Assembly: GCA_036867785.1 (NCBI GenBank)
Contig: CP145414.1
Span: forward strand, 310,001-374,000
Length of the DNA stretch: 64,000 nucleotides
Source: Plasmodiophora brassicae
Taxonomy: Eukaryota
Reading direction: 5' to 3'
This document shows, one piece after another, positions 43,323 to 56,484 of this stretch (position 1 is its first letter; every line of letters begins with the position of its first letter). The notes below the pieces were generated by a model. The model made no database searches. It saw only the letters and a list, made by a program, of their open reading frames with translations, and was not told the origin of the DNA. Both the position numbers and the translations under genes were made by a program.

Positions 43323-43802
43323 ATGTCGATCGATGACGACGACGCAGGCGTCGCGTGCAGCGAGTCGGCGAACCTGCTGACCGGCGGCGACTGGGACGAC
43401 AGCGCGCTGATTGCGGCGTTCGACCGCGACGTCGAAGATTACCAGGCATGGCACGGCATCGCGCAGGAGCCGCGCCCGCATCGGCACACGCCGCGCCCGA
43501 AACGACCCCGTACGGAAGCCCCCGTTGTCAAGGAGGACGGCCAGATATCCGACGAGGAGGACATCGAAGTGAACGGGGCGGCCGATATTGGCGATGCCGT
43601 GTCTGCCCCTCCACCATCCGTCCTGGCGGACGCGGAACCGTCCGGCGGGTCGCCTTCCACTGCTGCGATCCCACCGCCTCCTCAGGTCGACATGTCGCCC
43701 GACCTGTACAACGCGTTGCTCGCCTGGTACTATGCTGGATATTATGCCGGACGGAAGCAGGCCATCGACGAGATGTCATCCATGAATGCACGGAAACAAT
43801 AG
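43323..43802 (+). CDS. SMN: Survival motor neuron protein (Tudor-less)
   Basis: Gemin2-binding DWDDSALIAAFD and YG box LLAWYYAGYYAG. Confidence 0.88.
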   Translation: MSIDDDDAGVACSESANLLTGGDWDDSALIAAFDRDVEDYQAWHGIAQEPRPHRHTPRPKRPRTEAPVVKEDGQISDEEDIEVNGAADIGDAVSAPPPSVLADAEPSGGSPSTAAIPPPPQVDMSPDLYNALLAWYYAGYYAGRKQAIDEMSSMNARKQ

Positions 43803-43898
43803 AGAGCACGTATATTGTATCAGACGCGGGCACTGTACGTACGGCTATCGATCAGGGTACCACGTTCGGTTAATCAGTCGGCGAGCGTTGTTGCGACG

Positions 43899-45436
43899 AT
43901 GGCGACGACGGATGCGAACGCGGCGCCAAAGTCTCCGGAGGTCCAGATGATGGACGCCCTGTTCCGGGAGAAGTGGCTGGCGGATAAGGTGGCGGCCGCC
44001 GCTGCCGAGAACCAGCAGCTGAAGTCGAGGATCGAGATGGTGCAGAACGAGGCGGAGCAGTCGCGATTGAAGCAAGTCTGGTTGCGTCTCCCCGAGCGCG
44101 CTTGTTTACCTGTCCGTTGACCGTGCTCGCGCAGGGTGACCTCATCTGGTTCTATCGAAAAGAGGCGGAACAGAAGGAGAAGGTCATCAGCAGCCTGACG
44201 CAAACCAACCTGAAGCTGGAAGCCACCATTAGGGAAGTGAAGGAGAAAGCCGAGGACGAGATTAAGAGGATGGAGGCGCAGAACGGCCAGGTCAAGAAGG
44301 AGCTCCAGGAGCACCTGGAGAGGCTAACCCGGGAAAGCAAAAGCCTGAGAGATTTCAGGTCGGTGTCGTTGACGCCCGGTGCTCGATGACGCCCAACTGG
44401 AAGTGTGACTTCATTCGGCAGTGAACAGAAGCGGGAACTGGAGATGCAACTCGCCGTCCTGAAGAGCACGCTGGAGGCTGAGCAGAAGGAGATGGCGAAG
44501 AAGGTTAACGACCTGGAACGACGGAACGTCTCTGAGAAGGAGCGTTTGAAGAAGGAGATGCTGCTGAAGATCAAGGAGACCAAACTGAGTCTGCTGGCGA
44601 TGACCGAAGGTATGGGGCTTGTTTGTGCTCGCGCCAACGTCGTCCTCAGCTGTCGGGGCCGCAGACCAATTACACACGACAACAAAGCGTGCGATCATGG
44701 AGAACGAGCAGATGACGATCGAACTCCAGTACCAGAGCAAGGAAACGGAGCGCCTGCTGGGAAAGAATTCGAAACTCCAGACCGAGATACAGAGGCTTCG
44801 CCGTGAGGTCGACATTCATAAGGAGACAGAGGTGAAGTTGGCCAAGCGGACAAACTTCTTCCAGAAGCTGATCAAGAAGCTGAACGAGAAGTCGAAGGAG
44901 TCCGATAAGACGATCAGCGACCTGCAGGCGCAGCAGGCGATGACGCAGCGCAGCGGGGCCAGTAAGCTCTTCGCCGAAAACCAGGTAATCCGCCAGCTTG
45001 AGCGGCAGCTCGAGACCGCCATGGAGGAGAAACGCGACAGCGCCGCCGAGAGCGGCGTCCTGCGCGCCCAGCTCCAGATGGCGAAGAACAATCTGGCGCA
45101 GTTCCTCGAACTCCAAGACGAATCCGTCACGTTCATCTGGAGCGAGATCGAGCGAGCCCGCGCCGCCTCCCGCCAAGGTTCGGTGACGTTTGCGGCAGAG
45201 CGTGTTCCTATCAGCTCGCTGAATGGGTGGGGGCAGGTGGAGGGACATCCGTCGCGGACCTGCCGGCATCGGAACGCGAGCGATTGCTCAGCACGATCTT
45301 TGAGCGCCTGCGGACACTGAAAGATTCGTTCGCGCGCGACATCTCCCTTAGCCTGATGGACCCGGTGCCACCCGGGGGGAGCAGCAGCGGAAGCACCCCC
45401 AGGGCGCTCGGCGACAGCACCCCCGTGGGTGTATAA
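43899..45436 (+). CDS. CFAP157: Cilia/flagella-associated coiled-coil protein, CFAP157-like
   Basis: EKERLKKEMLLKIKETK, LHTTTKRAIMENEQMTIELQYQSKETE. Multi-exon coiled coil. Confidence 0.7.
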
Positions 45437-45568
45437 ATACACCTGGCCACGTCGACACGCGCGACGCGTTTCCGTCGACGTCACCAGTCGGAGTTGACTA
45501 CACCGCAGCGTCACGTCGGCACTCAGGATGCGCCGCGTAGTCCGCGAAGAATTGCCACTGGAGAAGCC

Positions 45569-46177
45569 ATGGCAGAGGTCAGCGTCGAGGCCGACGGTGA
45601 GGAAGCGGCCGCCGTCGCCCTGCACCGGTTCAATGTCAGCGCGGCGATGCCGACCAGGCAGGTGGTCGGGCGTTTGTGGCGCGAGACGCGCCAGCACGAG
45701 CGAGTGCTCGTCACCGGCCTGGGCGGCGCGCTCAACAACCTCGTCGACGCAGTGCAGATTCTGGTTCGCGCAAGTGCGGTGGAGGCCGTGTCGATCAAGA
45801 CGGGGACGGTCCATCGACGTGGGAGCCATGTCCCCCAGCTGGCGATCACTATTGCGCGCCGTCCTGTGCCGACCATGGCGAGTGGCCGGCAACACCGGGT
45901 GTCGTCATTCGTCGCGTCGCTCGGCACGAACGAGTCCGTCTCGGTCGACAAGATCACAGCGTTAGACGTCGCGGACGCAACCGGGGCAAAGTACACCAAG
46001 GAGGTACGCGCGGCCGCAGCGCGCCTGACCTTGTCCGACAGTGGCGCTCGCGATGGCCTCGTACCGCTCACGGAAGGCGTTGATTTCCTGTCCGGAGCAC
46101 TTGCCAGCCTCAACGACCAAGAGTTCGGTCAGGCCATGAGCGTCTTGGAAAAGCGGGCGATCGTGCCGGGCAGCTGA
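45569..46177 (+). CDS. Alba-domain nucleic-acid-binding protein with C-terminal helical domain
   Basis: ERVLVTGLGGALNNLVDAVQIL..SIKTGTV..PQLAITIAR fits the Alba pattern. Confidence 0.7.
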   Translation: MAEVSVEADGEEAAAVALHRFNVSAAMPTRQVVGRLWRETRQHERVLVTGLGGALNNLVDAVQILVRASAVEAVSIKTGTVHRRGSHVPQLAITIARRPVPTMASGRQHRVSSFVASLGTNESVSVDKITALDVADATGAKYTKEVRAAAARLTLSDSGARDGLVPLTEGVDFLSGALASLNDQEFGQAMSVLEKRAIVPGS

Positions 46178-46251
46178 TTGTGTCATGCCTTACCATCGCG
46201 CCTTGATACAGCATGCAACGCGAACGATTGGCGGTACATTATGTTGTTAGT

Positions 46252-47376
46252 TTAAACACCAGCGGTGGGTGCGCCCTTGTCCCATGGCGACGACATGGTC
46301 GGTTTGCGGCAGTGCATCATGTAGTTGATGTCCAGATCCGATTCCGACAGCGACCAGTGCCGCCTGACTGGATCGAGGACGACGCCGGTCTGGTGGACCG
46401 GGTCGAGGCCCACTCTCCTAACCATGTCGGCCAGCTCGTTCGGCATGACGAACTTGTTGAAGTCGTGCGTTCCTGAACGATCTGATGTCAGCCAGCGCGT
46501 TATCTTCCTGCACTCAATCAGCGCCTGACCAGGCTTGACCCAGCGAAGTAGATACTCGGCACCGACGATTGCTAGCGCATACGCTTTGGCGGTCCGGTTA
46601 ATAGTGGACAAGAACAAGGAGCCGCCTGGCTGCACACGTCGCAGCCATGAGAAGGTCAGAGATCAGATCGCGAAACGAACCTGCCAACCTTGACAACACT
46701 GGCCACATTCTTGACGAAGCCGTCGCGACATTTGGCGTTCGGAAAGTGCTCGATGACCTCGAGGCAGGTCACGACGTCGAATGCCTCCCATGCCAGGCCC
46801 TCGCAGAAGCCGACGACCTCCTCGACACCGCCGTCGAAGTATGCCAGGTTCTGCGACGTGAACAGCGGGTCCCGCTTGGCGTGGATCTTGGCGGCCATGA
46901 CCGCCTCTGCGCAGCGATCGACACCGACAACGGTGGCACCGAGTCGCGCCAGACTCTATCGGCATAGCATTGGGATCAGTACCGACACGATGAGCGCGAT
47001 AGCCAACAACCTCGGTGAGGATGCCCGCCCCGCAGCCGACATCGAGAATCCGAAGGCCACTGAATGGGAACGCGTTGGATTTCAGGTCGACGCCTAATCG
47101 CGACGCGATGTAACCGATCCGGACCGGGTTCATCAAGTGGAGCATTTCCCTGGCGCACGGTCGTCGCCGTCAGCGTCCCGCTCGTGAACCGACGCCGGCA
47201 CGCCGGGTTTACATGGGCCCATTCGGCTTCCACCAGTCGTCGGCCATCTTGGCGAACTTGGCGATCTCGTACCGATCGTACCCGCCCGTGACGGTCGCAT
47301 CGCAGACGTGCCGTGATCGCTGAAGCAGCCGCCTCCACGACTGCGACACGGGCCTCGGTGCCGCGGCCGACAGCAT
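46252..47376 (-). CDS. COQ3: Ubiquinone biosynthesis O-methyltransferase
   Basis: EIAKFAKMADDWWKPNGP, LHLMNPVRIGYI, ILDVGCGAGILTE, FDVVTCLEVIEH, STINRT, GTHDFNKFV. Confidence 0.92.
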
Positions 47377-47691
47377 TTTGCAGTCTCCATGCCGAAGCTG
47401 CAGCCCCCATACCCGACCGTACCCGCCTCGCAGAACGCAGCACTGAACTATTCTTCGGCCGGCCGTTTCTGATGTCAACTGACCCAGCGGATCTCGCCGG
47501 CTGACTGCGCCCGTTTCCTCGGCAGCCACGAATATCCAAACACCACCTCCAGTTGCCAGGTATCTAAACTGTATCGACGCATGGAACGACGAGAAGGCGA
47601 ACCGAGGCGAGCCCCTGTCCTGCGTCGGGACTCGTTCTACAAGCCGGAGTCGTCACGCGCCGAACGGCATCGCATCCAGTTGCAGCAATAA

Positions 47692-48870
47692 ATGCGACCT
47701 CGTCAGACGTGTGCGCGTGTGCATCGACGACGGAGCAAAGTGTGTGAGCTGCAGGCGACGGAGTCGCACGACGAGAAACCCCGTGGCGAGAGCCGGTTGA
47801 CGCCGATGGGCGGCAAGGCAGCGGGTACCGTGGCGACGGCGCCTGCGCCGGGCAGCACGGCGCCAGCGGAGAAGGTGCATGGCCCCTGGTACAAGCAGCG
47901 CATCCCGGTGGGCTTCTGCCTGCACGTGTTCGCGGTCGTCGCGCTGAACCACTACCCGGTGCCGTTGTGGCTGCTGCTGATGGCGCTCATCTGGAACGAG
48001 ATCGCGCACCTGCTGCTGTGCGGGCAGTCTCGGGGGCACCGGTATAAGGTATGGGTCCCGCGACTGATCGCCGCTGCCGGATGCATCTCCAGTGGCATCG
48101 ACTGGTACCTGGGGACGGTCGCCCCGCATCTGCTCTGGAAGTCGGCCGCCATCAGGACCGTTGGCGTGTTCGGCCTGATGATGGCACTGAAAGCCGCCTG
48201 GAAAGATATCGGCAGCGTCCTGTTCTTCCTGCTAACTATAACCGCTGCCACTAAGGTCACTCATCACCATTTCGTCCACGATCCTCGTTTCCTCAACGAC
48301 ACGGGTTGTCAGGTGTTTATCATGGCCCCGATTCAAGCGTTCATCACGCAGGTCGCCATCGTCGCGGCGTCGGACGCGTTCCAGTACTTCATTGGGAAGC
48401 AGTTCGGCCGATTCAAACCCGTTCCGCTAATCAGCCCGAACAAGACGATTGAGGGGTACGTCGGCGGCCTCGTCTTGTTAAATATCCTGGGTCCGCTGGT
48501 CGCCCTGGATCCACTGGACATCATGTACCTGACCTGGTTCAACGGCGTGATCCTGTGCGGCATGCTTGGCGACCTGGCGATCTCGAGTTGGAAACGGTTC
48601 CACATGCTGAAGGATACGAGCGACCTGCTGTCGTCCCATGGTGGCATCCTGGACCGAGTGTACTCTCATGTGGCGGGTTTCCTTTGGACGGTCGTGTTCG
48701 CCGCCGCCAACGAGCGTTCTCTCAACGAGGACTATACCGGTTGTAGCTCCTACCGGATGTCTTTCGTCACTGCAGCGGTCTGGGCTGTGATCTGGGCCAA
48801 ATTCATCTATGAACGGGGCACGCGTTTCTATCGCAAGATCCGAAGTCGGCGTACGAAGAAAATCCAATAG
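47692..48870 (+). CDS. Phosphatidate cytidylyltransferase (CdsA-like)
   Basis: SDAFQYFIGKQFG, ISPNKTIEG, GDLAISSWKR, KDTSDLLSSHGGILDR. The start may be at MGGKAA (~47806). Confidence 0.85.
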   Translation: MRPRQTCARVHRRRSKVCELQATESHDEKPRGESRLTPMGGKAAGTVATAPAPGSTAPAEKVHGPWYKQRIPVGFCLHVFAVVALNHYPVPLWLLLMALIWNEIAHLLLCGQSRGHRYKVWVPRLIAAAGCISSGIDWYLGTVAPHLLWKSAAIRTVGVFGLMMALKAAWKDIGSVLFFLLTITAATKVTHHHFVHDPRFLNDTGCQVFIMAPIQAFITQVAIVAASDAFQYFIGKQFGRFKPVPLISPNKTIEGYVGGLVLLNILGPLVALDPLDIMYLTWFNGVILCGMLGDLAISSWKRFHMLKDTSDLLSSHGGILDRVYSHVAGFLWTVVFAAANERSLNEDYTGCSSYRMSFVTAAVWAVIWAKFIYERGTRFYRKIRSRRTKKIQ

Positions 48871-48911
48871 ATGGTGTGCATACTTCGTACAAACGCTCCC
48901 TAATTGCTTTA

Positions 48912-51397
48912 TTACAATTTCCGCAGCCAATGGAGAACGTTGATCCAGTGGTCGGATTCAGTATCGACGCGATCGGTCAACGAGTGCCCATTTCCCGGAT
49001 AGATGATGCAGCGCGTCTCAACCCCTCTTGCCTGTAAAAGGTGGTAGTAGTCGACTGCCTGACTCATGGGCACTCGCTTATCATTCGCCCCCAGCATAAG
49101 CAACAATCTGCGCACGCCGTTAGCTGTGAACAAGAACGACGAAGCGTTATACAGACGGCGTGTTGACACGTTCGATCATCGAAATGGGCGAACATTTGTA
49201 CATTGCCTCGTAGTGCGCCGCGGACGGAACGCCCGTTGGAGAAAACGCCAGCCCACACTCGATAGCGCACCAGTCAGCGATATCAGTAGTGGACATCATA
49301 TGTGCAACGTTCGCGACTGGGTTCCTCGCCACTGCCGACCTGAACCGATCAGGGTACTTCGCAATCAGCCACAAGGTCAGGAAGCCGCCTAACCCTCTCA
49401 TGAGAACCCATAACTGATGCAGATCAAATGGATGTGGCCGTACCGTGGGAACCACCCATAACGGCAACGTTGTCCTTTGAAAGCGGCGGAAATCGAGAAA
49501 GTACAGCGTCGACAGCCCTCATGCAATCCTCGACGTCCTGTGTCCCACAACGCCCTGGCAAACTCTCCAGCATATCCTGACCGTATCCTGTCGACCTAAT
49601 TGCCGAGGCGAGGAGTCAATAATGATCAACCAAACGTGACTGAGGACGACGACCCGCGGTAGTTAATCTCTAATAGGGCAAACCCTTGAAGAGCGAGAAA
49701 TGCTACACTGGTAGCGAAAGTCGTCGTGAAGGCGCTGTGTGGACCACCGTGTGGAAACGCGATCAGACGAGTATCCTCCTTGATTGTCCCGACAAGGATC
49801 GCATCGAAGAGCCCGTCCACGTCAATGACACAGTGCGGAATTGAAAGGTGGTTCACGGGGGACGGAAACGGTAAAGGCGGAGAAGATACAGCCGTCCAAA
49901 GCACCTTCTGCACGTTGGAGGGATCCATCCGCCCGATGAAAGCTTCGGGAGGACGACCGACAGTTTCCAATTTGACAAGGATATCAAAACCGTGGACGTC
50001 CAGCACATCGGCAGATGAAAACGGACCCGGAATATCTAATTCCTGAACAGACCCATTCCGTGTGTCGATCACTAGCAGAGCAAACCGGGTTTGACACTGG
50101 CTAGCAACAACGATGTTTGCAGTATCTGCAAGCCAGCATCGCGTGGGAAACCCTGAGACCAGACATCAGCAGAAGGCGTATCAGATAGCCGATCTGAGCG
50201 GAAGTGACAGCCCACCTCGTGGCCACAAGCCGGGGAATGTGTTGTTCGCGCGTACAACATCCACAATCGTTCTGGTTGATTGAAGGACAGGGCCATCAGC
50301 CCAGCTGAGAGATCGTAAACGGCTGCAAGATATATGGAAGCCTACGTCATCGGTGGTGACGTAGACCAGCACGCTGCCATCGTGATTGAACCGTGGAAGC
50401 GTCGCTGAGTGATCTGCTGGGGTTATGCAGGTTGCGCATTCGTCTCGGCGTTCCAAACTGGCCACTACAAGGCAAACTCTCAGATGTCACGAGCGCCGCA
50501 CGAAGTACTCGAGCAGCGTGAAACATACCGAACATCGACGAGCGTCTCGTATTGAAGTGAAGAAGACCGAGACGTCTACCCGTTTGAGGATATCCGACGG
50601 CGAGTAGATATGGTTGACGTGGATGAAAAACCACCTATACAGTGTCAGGCACCAGTGGAACAGACCGGGCACCAACGTACCTGTCCCCAGCTAAACTTCT
50701 CGTTAAAGGCTTTCTCCAGAACAGTCGCAAGCAATCGGTTGTCGACAATATCGACAAGGACCACGATCGTGCGAAGTAGGCCAAGTCCTTCTCCCCAGTC
50801 TTGCTTATAGTCGTACTGTGTGCCTCTAGACGGCTGCGAGCCTGCGTCGTTTCCGTGGGCCGGCGTATCATTCCAGAACGACTGCCTGTCATCCGGTTTC
50901 ACATCGGCGCTGAACGCGAATTTATCGCAATCCGCTGAGAAGGAAGCGCCCGAAAGGCACGACCCGCCTTTCGGCAGGTCGCCACAGACCTTCTTCAGAG
51001 ATGTTGTCAATGGCGGGCGACCTTGACGGTAAATCTCCAGAAATGCTCCGGTGTCATCTGACGGCTTCCGGATAACCGCACGACAACAGCCCCGGTGGCA
51101 GTACGACGACAACGATACCGGAGCGGTCACCTCAAAATCAGCAGGCGCGGTCGTCTGTACTCGATTTCAGAACTCGCACCCGGACCGTGCTTCGTACCGG
51201 CCGTATACCTGCAGGCGGGCGCCGTCGACGCTATGCGTGGACGAGATGGCAACCGTGCTGTTCGACGCGCGGTGCTTGTACGTCCACTGCAGGCTGGCGC
51301 ACCGGCCCGCATGCGTGAACCGCCCGGTCGACAGCAACGCGCCCGCCTGCAGCGCGTCCCACAGGGCGAGCTCGTCGCCATCATCCCGGGCACCCAT
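48912..51397 (-). CDS. APEH: Acylamino-acid-releasing enzyme (S9C peptidase)
   Basis: QDWGE, FPHGGPHS, INYRGS, GG(S)HG/GFL, AVARNPV, GANDKRVP, YPGNGHSL. Many introns. Confidence 0.88.
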
Positions 51398-51645
51398 CAC
51401 CGCAGGTGGTAAAGTGCACGCTGCACGCCCCAAAGCAAAATGGCACGTCCGGGGCAGCGCCACTGACAGCGGGCCCGATCCGGTGACCCCTCTGGCCCCT
51501 CTGACCCCTCCCAGCAGACTGCGAGACACCCATCAACGTGTTCAGGGGTGGCTCTCTGAAGTTTGACCAACCAGGATCGCATTGGGGCGATGGATGGCAG
51601 CGCATCCGGCATGGGGCGGTTGCGCCACAGACGGGCAGCACGAGC

Positions 51646-53954
51646 ATGTCGTCGGACGGCGACGAGGTCGACGACGATGACGTCTGGGCGGCGGCGGCGG
51701 CGGCGTCGCCGTCGGACCCGCCGATCCGGGGCGGTCTGCCGCCGGACGCGGTCGCTAGTCTGAAGCAGTCGATCGATGCGCACCTGCGGGCGAACAGTAC
51801 GTAACGACAGCGTTGCCGCAACCCGGTCCGGTGACGCGCCCGCCAGACATTTACGAGACGGTCCGAGGCATCGTTGGCGGGTTCCTGTCCGAGAAGCAGC
51901 TGGATTTCAGCGGCGAGGATCGTGTCATCAAAGCGTTGCACGAGAAGGGCGTCATCGACGATATCGTGACGGCGCTGGGCGGTGGGACGGCCGTGTCGCG
52001 ACCCGTGCAACCGCACCTGCCGGGGAGAGTCCTCCCGAATCGACGGTACCTTGTCGTCAAGGTTCGACCCGGTCGCGACTTCGTCGAACAAGTCGTCAAC
52101 GAGTCGTCGAGCGTCAGAATTAGCGATCGCGTGCCGCTTGGAATCCGCGTGCTGATGATCCACCCAGGGGTCCATGCTGACGTTGTACGTCCAGTTCGGG
52201 CACCAGCGGTTCTGTTCGCGTCCAGTGATCGCGCAGGCCACACCCGAGTTCAACGAGGTCTTCATGCTCGACCTGCAGAGCGTCGGGTCGCGCTCCAGGA
52301 ACCCGGCCATGGTGCCTCTGGCCAATGTCCTCCACGTTCGGCATCGCCTGCATGCGACCCTCGTCAAGGAGGACATTCGTTCGAAGCGGCGAGAGGTCCT
52401 GTCCTCGCAGCACGTCGAATGGAGGTATGCGTGCTCGATGGAGCGTTGCACTGGCAACGAGTGACGAGTGTTTGCGCCAGAACGGTGCTGGAGACGGGGA
52501 CCAAGTCGTTGTGCTTGGAGCTGTTGAGTCGCCGGACGAACTCTGATCGTTCGCCGATCGGCCTAATTGACCTGGAGCTGGAGATCGCCCCGTCTCCCAG
52601 GCCGGGTGCAACGGGCGCACCCTTGATCGACCCGAGCATCATCGACAAACAGATCGCATTGGAGCAGAGCACGACGAGCGCCAACCGACGCCGGTTCCAT
52701 TCGTACGCGAAATCGTGGTGGAACGACTACCTGCAGATACGCCCGGATCACCTGCAACGGGTGATCAAGATGTTCGCCTGCAACGAGGACGACGAGCGCG
52801 TGTTTGTTTGCACGTTCCTGCGCCCGATCCACTGCAGCCGCATCCTGCCGACCGCTCTGCACGCGGCTCGCTTCGTGCGCCTGATACCGTTCGTCCCGGA
52901 TGTCGATGTCGGCGGCGAACGCACCAATGTGTGGAATAGCCTCCATGTCTTCCTCAGCCGCGGCTATGGCGATGTCGAGGACCACTGTGCCCTACTCTGC
53001 AGCCTCCTCCTGGGATTCGGTCTGGACGCTTACGTTGTCTGTGGGAAGGTCCTGCACATCGTATTCGTCGTTGACGGGATCCGATCTGAGAGCGTTGCGC
53101 TTGTAGAAGCACGATGGTCCGCATACGTGGGTGATGACGAGGGAGTCGAAAACGCGGGCCATGTTCTGGGACAGTTGCACAGGGCGTACGTATGCTGTTG
53201 AGGCGCGTAACATGGCGAACGACCTTGCCGAGAAGCTGCCGTTCGTGTCCATCGGGTGCCTGTTCAACCACAGGAACTTCTATGCGAATGTCCAGGAGGA
53301 CAACACGGCCAGGGCGACGCAATGGGATCTAACAGATCCGATGCAGTGGAAGGCGATGACGGCGGACGCGATCCGCGTTCTGCCAGGCTGTCCGCCGATA
53401 ACGCTGGCGATGAACCCGATTGACCCGGTCACCGCTGCCGTGCAACTGGAACACAGCCTGTATGACATGATCGAGGACTATAGGAGGGATAACCTGCAGG
53501 CGGAAACGTCCTGGGATGAGCATCTGTAGGTAGTCGGCAACTGGAGCCGCTCGTAGGCTGGCCTAAGTGTGCGTTTCGCTCAGGTCTCACTGTATAAGTC
53601 CAGCTCTGGCAGCGTACGAATCGCAATGTGTCACAGGCGTGTCGTACGGGAACGCATTATTCCAAGAGAGCATTCGGCATACGATCCCGCTGCGCTTTGC
53701 GTTCAAGGCGTTTCCTTGCCAGTTTGATCACCGCGAATCGGTCCGATGCAGATGATGGCGTCCGTTAACCGTGAACTGACGATGGGGAACAGGGGAAAAT
53801 CATGGCCCACCTTCTGCAGTCGAAGGTCGCCGTCGACATCCTCCGAACGATGAGCTCGTTCGTGCACTTTGCATTGCGTGTCCATATCGTACCCTATGCC
53901 GAGAACGTCGCCGCCACATGGGTCATACTAGGCGTCAAATGGCGAACCTCATAA
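51646..53954 (+). CDS. CEP76: Centrosomal protein CEP76 (C2 + transglutaminase-like)
   Basis: [89 protein letters not shown]. Confidence 0.88.
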
Positions 53955-54014
53955 ACCGACGCATCCAGGCGACGACGTCTTGACAGTGTATTTGCGCTTT
54001 TAATTCTGCCAACA

Positions 54015-54961
54015 TTACATGTACGCTCGTACAACCTTATTGATAGGTGCTGCAGAGTGGACCAATCGTTAGATACACATTGGCATGGGGACGACACACC
54101 GACGAGACGCTTACCTCGGCACTGCGGGCACTTGCCCGACTTGGCAATCATCTCCTGGCAGTCGCTGCATAGACACAGGTGCATGCAGTCGAGGATGATG
54201 AACTCGGTCGGGTTCTCTAGGCAGACACAGCACATTCCAATGGGGACCTTGCCCTTCTCCTTCAGGTCGTCGAAGTCCGACATCGTGATGCCCAGCGACG
54301 CTAGCATCACGTTCAGCTCGTCGTCGGATATCCCTTCCTGCTTCCTGAGCTCGCGGAGCAACTTGTCCTCCTCGGGCGATATCCGCTTATCGGTTATCGC
54401 TAGCCTTAGGATCTTCAGATACATCGCTCGCCCGTCCTGCTGCGTCGCCGGAGCGGATGCCGACGACGCCGAACACGAAACATCGCCCATGTCGAGATCG
54501 GGAGCGGATGGGGCGACAGCCGCGGGTGCCGACGCTACGATCTGCGAGTTTGGCGCGAACTGTTGCCCAAACTGTGTGTGCATGGACGGGAAATTCGGTC
54601 CACTCGCCTGCATTGGAATGGCCGTGTTGAACGTCGGCAGATGCGGCTGCGGGTTCAGGTACATCGGATTCTGGGGCGACATCGACACCGATCGGCTTAC
54701 TGCCGTCGTCTGCGGCTGCAGTTGCTGGGTCGCATTAGCCGCGCTCGGCGTCGGCGGTGGTCGCGGATCCTCCCAGGCCGTCCGTCGTTCGATGTGATTC
54801 ACGAAGTATTTGCGCTTGGTCCGCGGATCGACGCGCGCTTCCCAGCCCTGCGGCAGCGGCCGCGGGTCGTCCCAGGTCGTCGTGCGCGTGTTGTGGTCGA
54901 CGAAGTACCATCGTTGCAGCTTGGTGTCGAACTTGGCGTCCCAGCCCGCCGGAAGAGCCAT
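54015..54961 (-). CDS. WW-WW / TerB-like helical / RING E3 ligase
   Basis: [22 protein letters not shown] twice; [19 protein letters not shown]. Last intron at ~54114-54050. Confidence 0.85.
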
Positions 54962-55331
54962 GGCGCAGTCGTCGTCGCCGCCCGACCGGTCACGGAATGC
55001 CCGTTATAGAATGTCCGCAACTCGGCCGTGCGTGCCCCACAACACATGTTCTAATTTTGGCGATGAATTCGGTCCCCAGACGTCGCCCGCCGGACGAGTT
55101 GACGCGGGACCAGCACGTCGCGCGTATGTGCCTAGTAGCTCTGGTCAACGTATAAACAGAACGCCATCTTCGCGACTTTCTTTATACAGCTCGGTCCCGA
55201 CGACAGGCCACAGCGCCGATCAGGCGAACCATGTGCACGGCGATGGACATCTCGAGCTGGGCGTGCTGCGGGAGCCGAAACTGCGACTTCATTGGGAATA
55301 ACGATAGAATACAGGGGCAGCACATGGCTCA

Positions 55332-56294
55332 TCAAGACGTGGCGCTCTCGCCCAGCTTCCCGAGCCAGCCGGATAATCGTGTCATCGGACCAGCGGTGCT
55401 GGCGTTGTGGGCGCCCTGCAGCAACCGGATTATGGCCGGGTGCTCGTCGTAGAACAGGGCGCAGCCCAGCGGCGTGTCGCCCATGCCGTCTCGGGCGTTG
55501 ACGTCGATACCGGGCGTCATCAGTAGCAGTTCGACCATCTGCTGGTTGCCTTTCATGACGGCCGTATGCAGCGGCGTCATGCGCGAGGTGTCGCATCGGT
55601 TCACGTCGACGCCGGGCGCGTTCAGCAGCATCTTGACCAGGTTGCACTGCCCATCCCATATCGCGTTGTGCAGCGGCATTCGTGAGAAATTGTCGCCCGC
55701 GTGGACGTCAATCCCGGGTACGCTCAGGAGCAGCTGGACGATCAGTTCATCTCTGCGCCAGATGGCCCAGTGAAGCACGTTGCCGACGTAACCGCACCAG
55801 ACAGCGTTATTGACGACGGTGACATCGCCACCTGCGCCGACGAGCAGGCCGTAAACCTGTCCGACGATCGTGTCCTGCTCCGGTGCCCGCGCCGCCTCAG
55901 CAAGCCGTATCATACCAGGCGCCCTGTTCACGATGGACTGGACAGCATCCACTGGCAGCATCTTGCGCGCCGCAGCGATATCAGCCCAGACGCCGTCCAC
56001 CAGCAAACGCTTCTTCAGGTGATCCGCCGACGAAACCAGCCGACACTGTGTGTCGACGTCCACCACATGGTCAACTGGGTTCGCGTTGGTCACCTGTAGG
56101 GCAGCGCTCGCGACGTCGTGGCTGTTCAGCGACCCGGGGTACTTGGCGCCCGCAGCTGACCCAGGGGCGTCGCAGACAGCATCGGGACGCAGCGTGGCAC
56201 CTTGGACGAGGCCAGCGATAGCGCCCACCGCCACGAAACACGACAGCGCCGGATAACGACGACGGTGGCGCCGGCGATCACCAGCGCTTCGCAT
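55332..56294 (-). CDS. Secreted ankyrin-repeat protein (effector candidate)
   Basis: Signal-like ALSCFVAVGAIAGLVQGA, then four ankyrin repeats (LHWAI, PLHNAI, TPLHTAV, TPLGCAL). Confidence 0.8.
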   Translation of the reverse strand: MRSAGDRRRHRRRYPALSCFVAVGAIAGLVQGATLRPDAVCDAPGSAAGAKYPGSLNSHDVASAALQVTNANPVDHVVDVDTQCRLVSSADHLKKRLLVDGVWADIAAARKMLPVDAVQSIVNRAPGMIRLAEAARAPEQDTIVGQVYGLLVGAGGDVTVVNNAVWCGYVGNVLHWAIWRRDELIVQLLLSVPGIDVHAGDNFSRMPLHNAIWDGQCNLVKMLLNAPGVDVNRCDTSRMTPLHTAVMKGNQQMVELLLMTPGIDVNARDGMGDTPLGCALFYDEHPAIIRLLQGAHNASTAGPMTRLSGWLGKLGESATS

Positions 56295-56484
56295 TGCGCC
56301 CGCCGGACTGTGCCCCGATCCTGCGACGCCAAACACCCGCACGGGGGCCTGCACCCTGCCTGCAAGGTGCCGACCCAAGTGTCTATGTATAGTACGTGTG
56401 CCGGTCGACCCAGCCGGTTCCGGGGCTTGTTGGCGTGTCGTTTCCATCTCGGCACAACCGGCAAACGCGTTATTGACCAATGAG

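Noticed and set aside
53894-54014. Apparent coding overlap of WW-RING with CEP76
   Set aside because: An intron after CPQCR gives a stop at 54015, so there is no CDS overlap.
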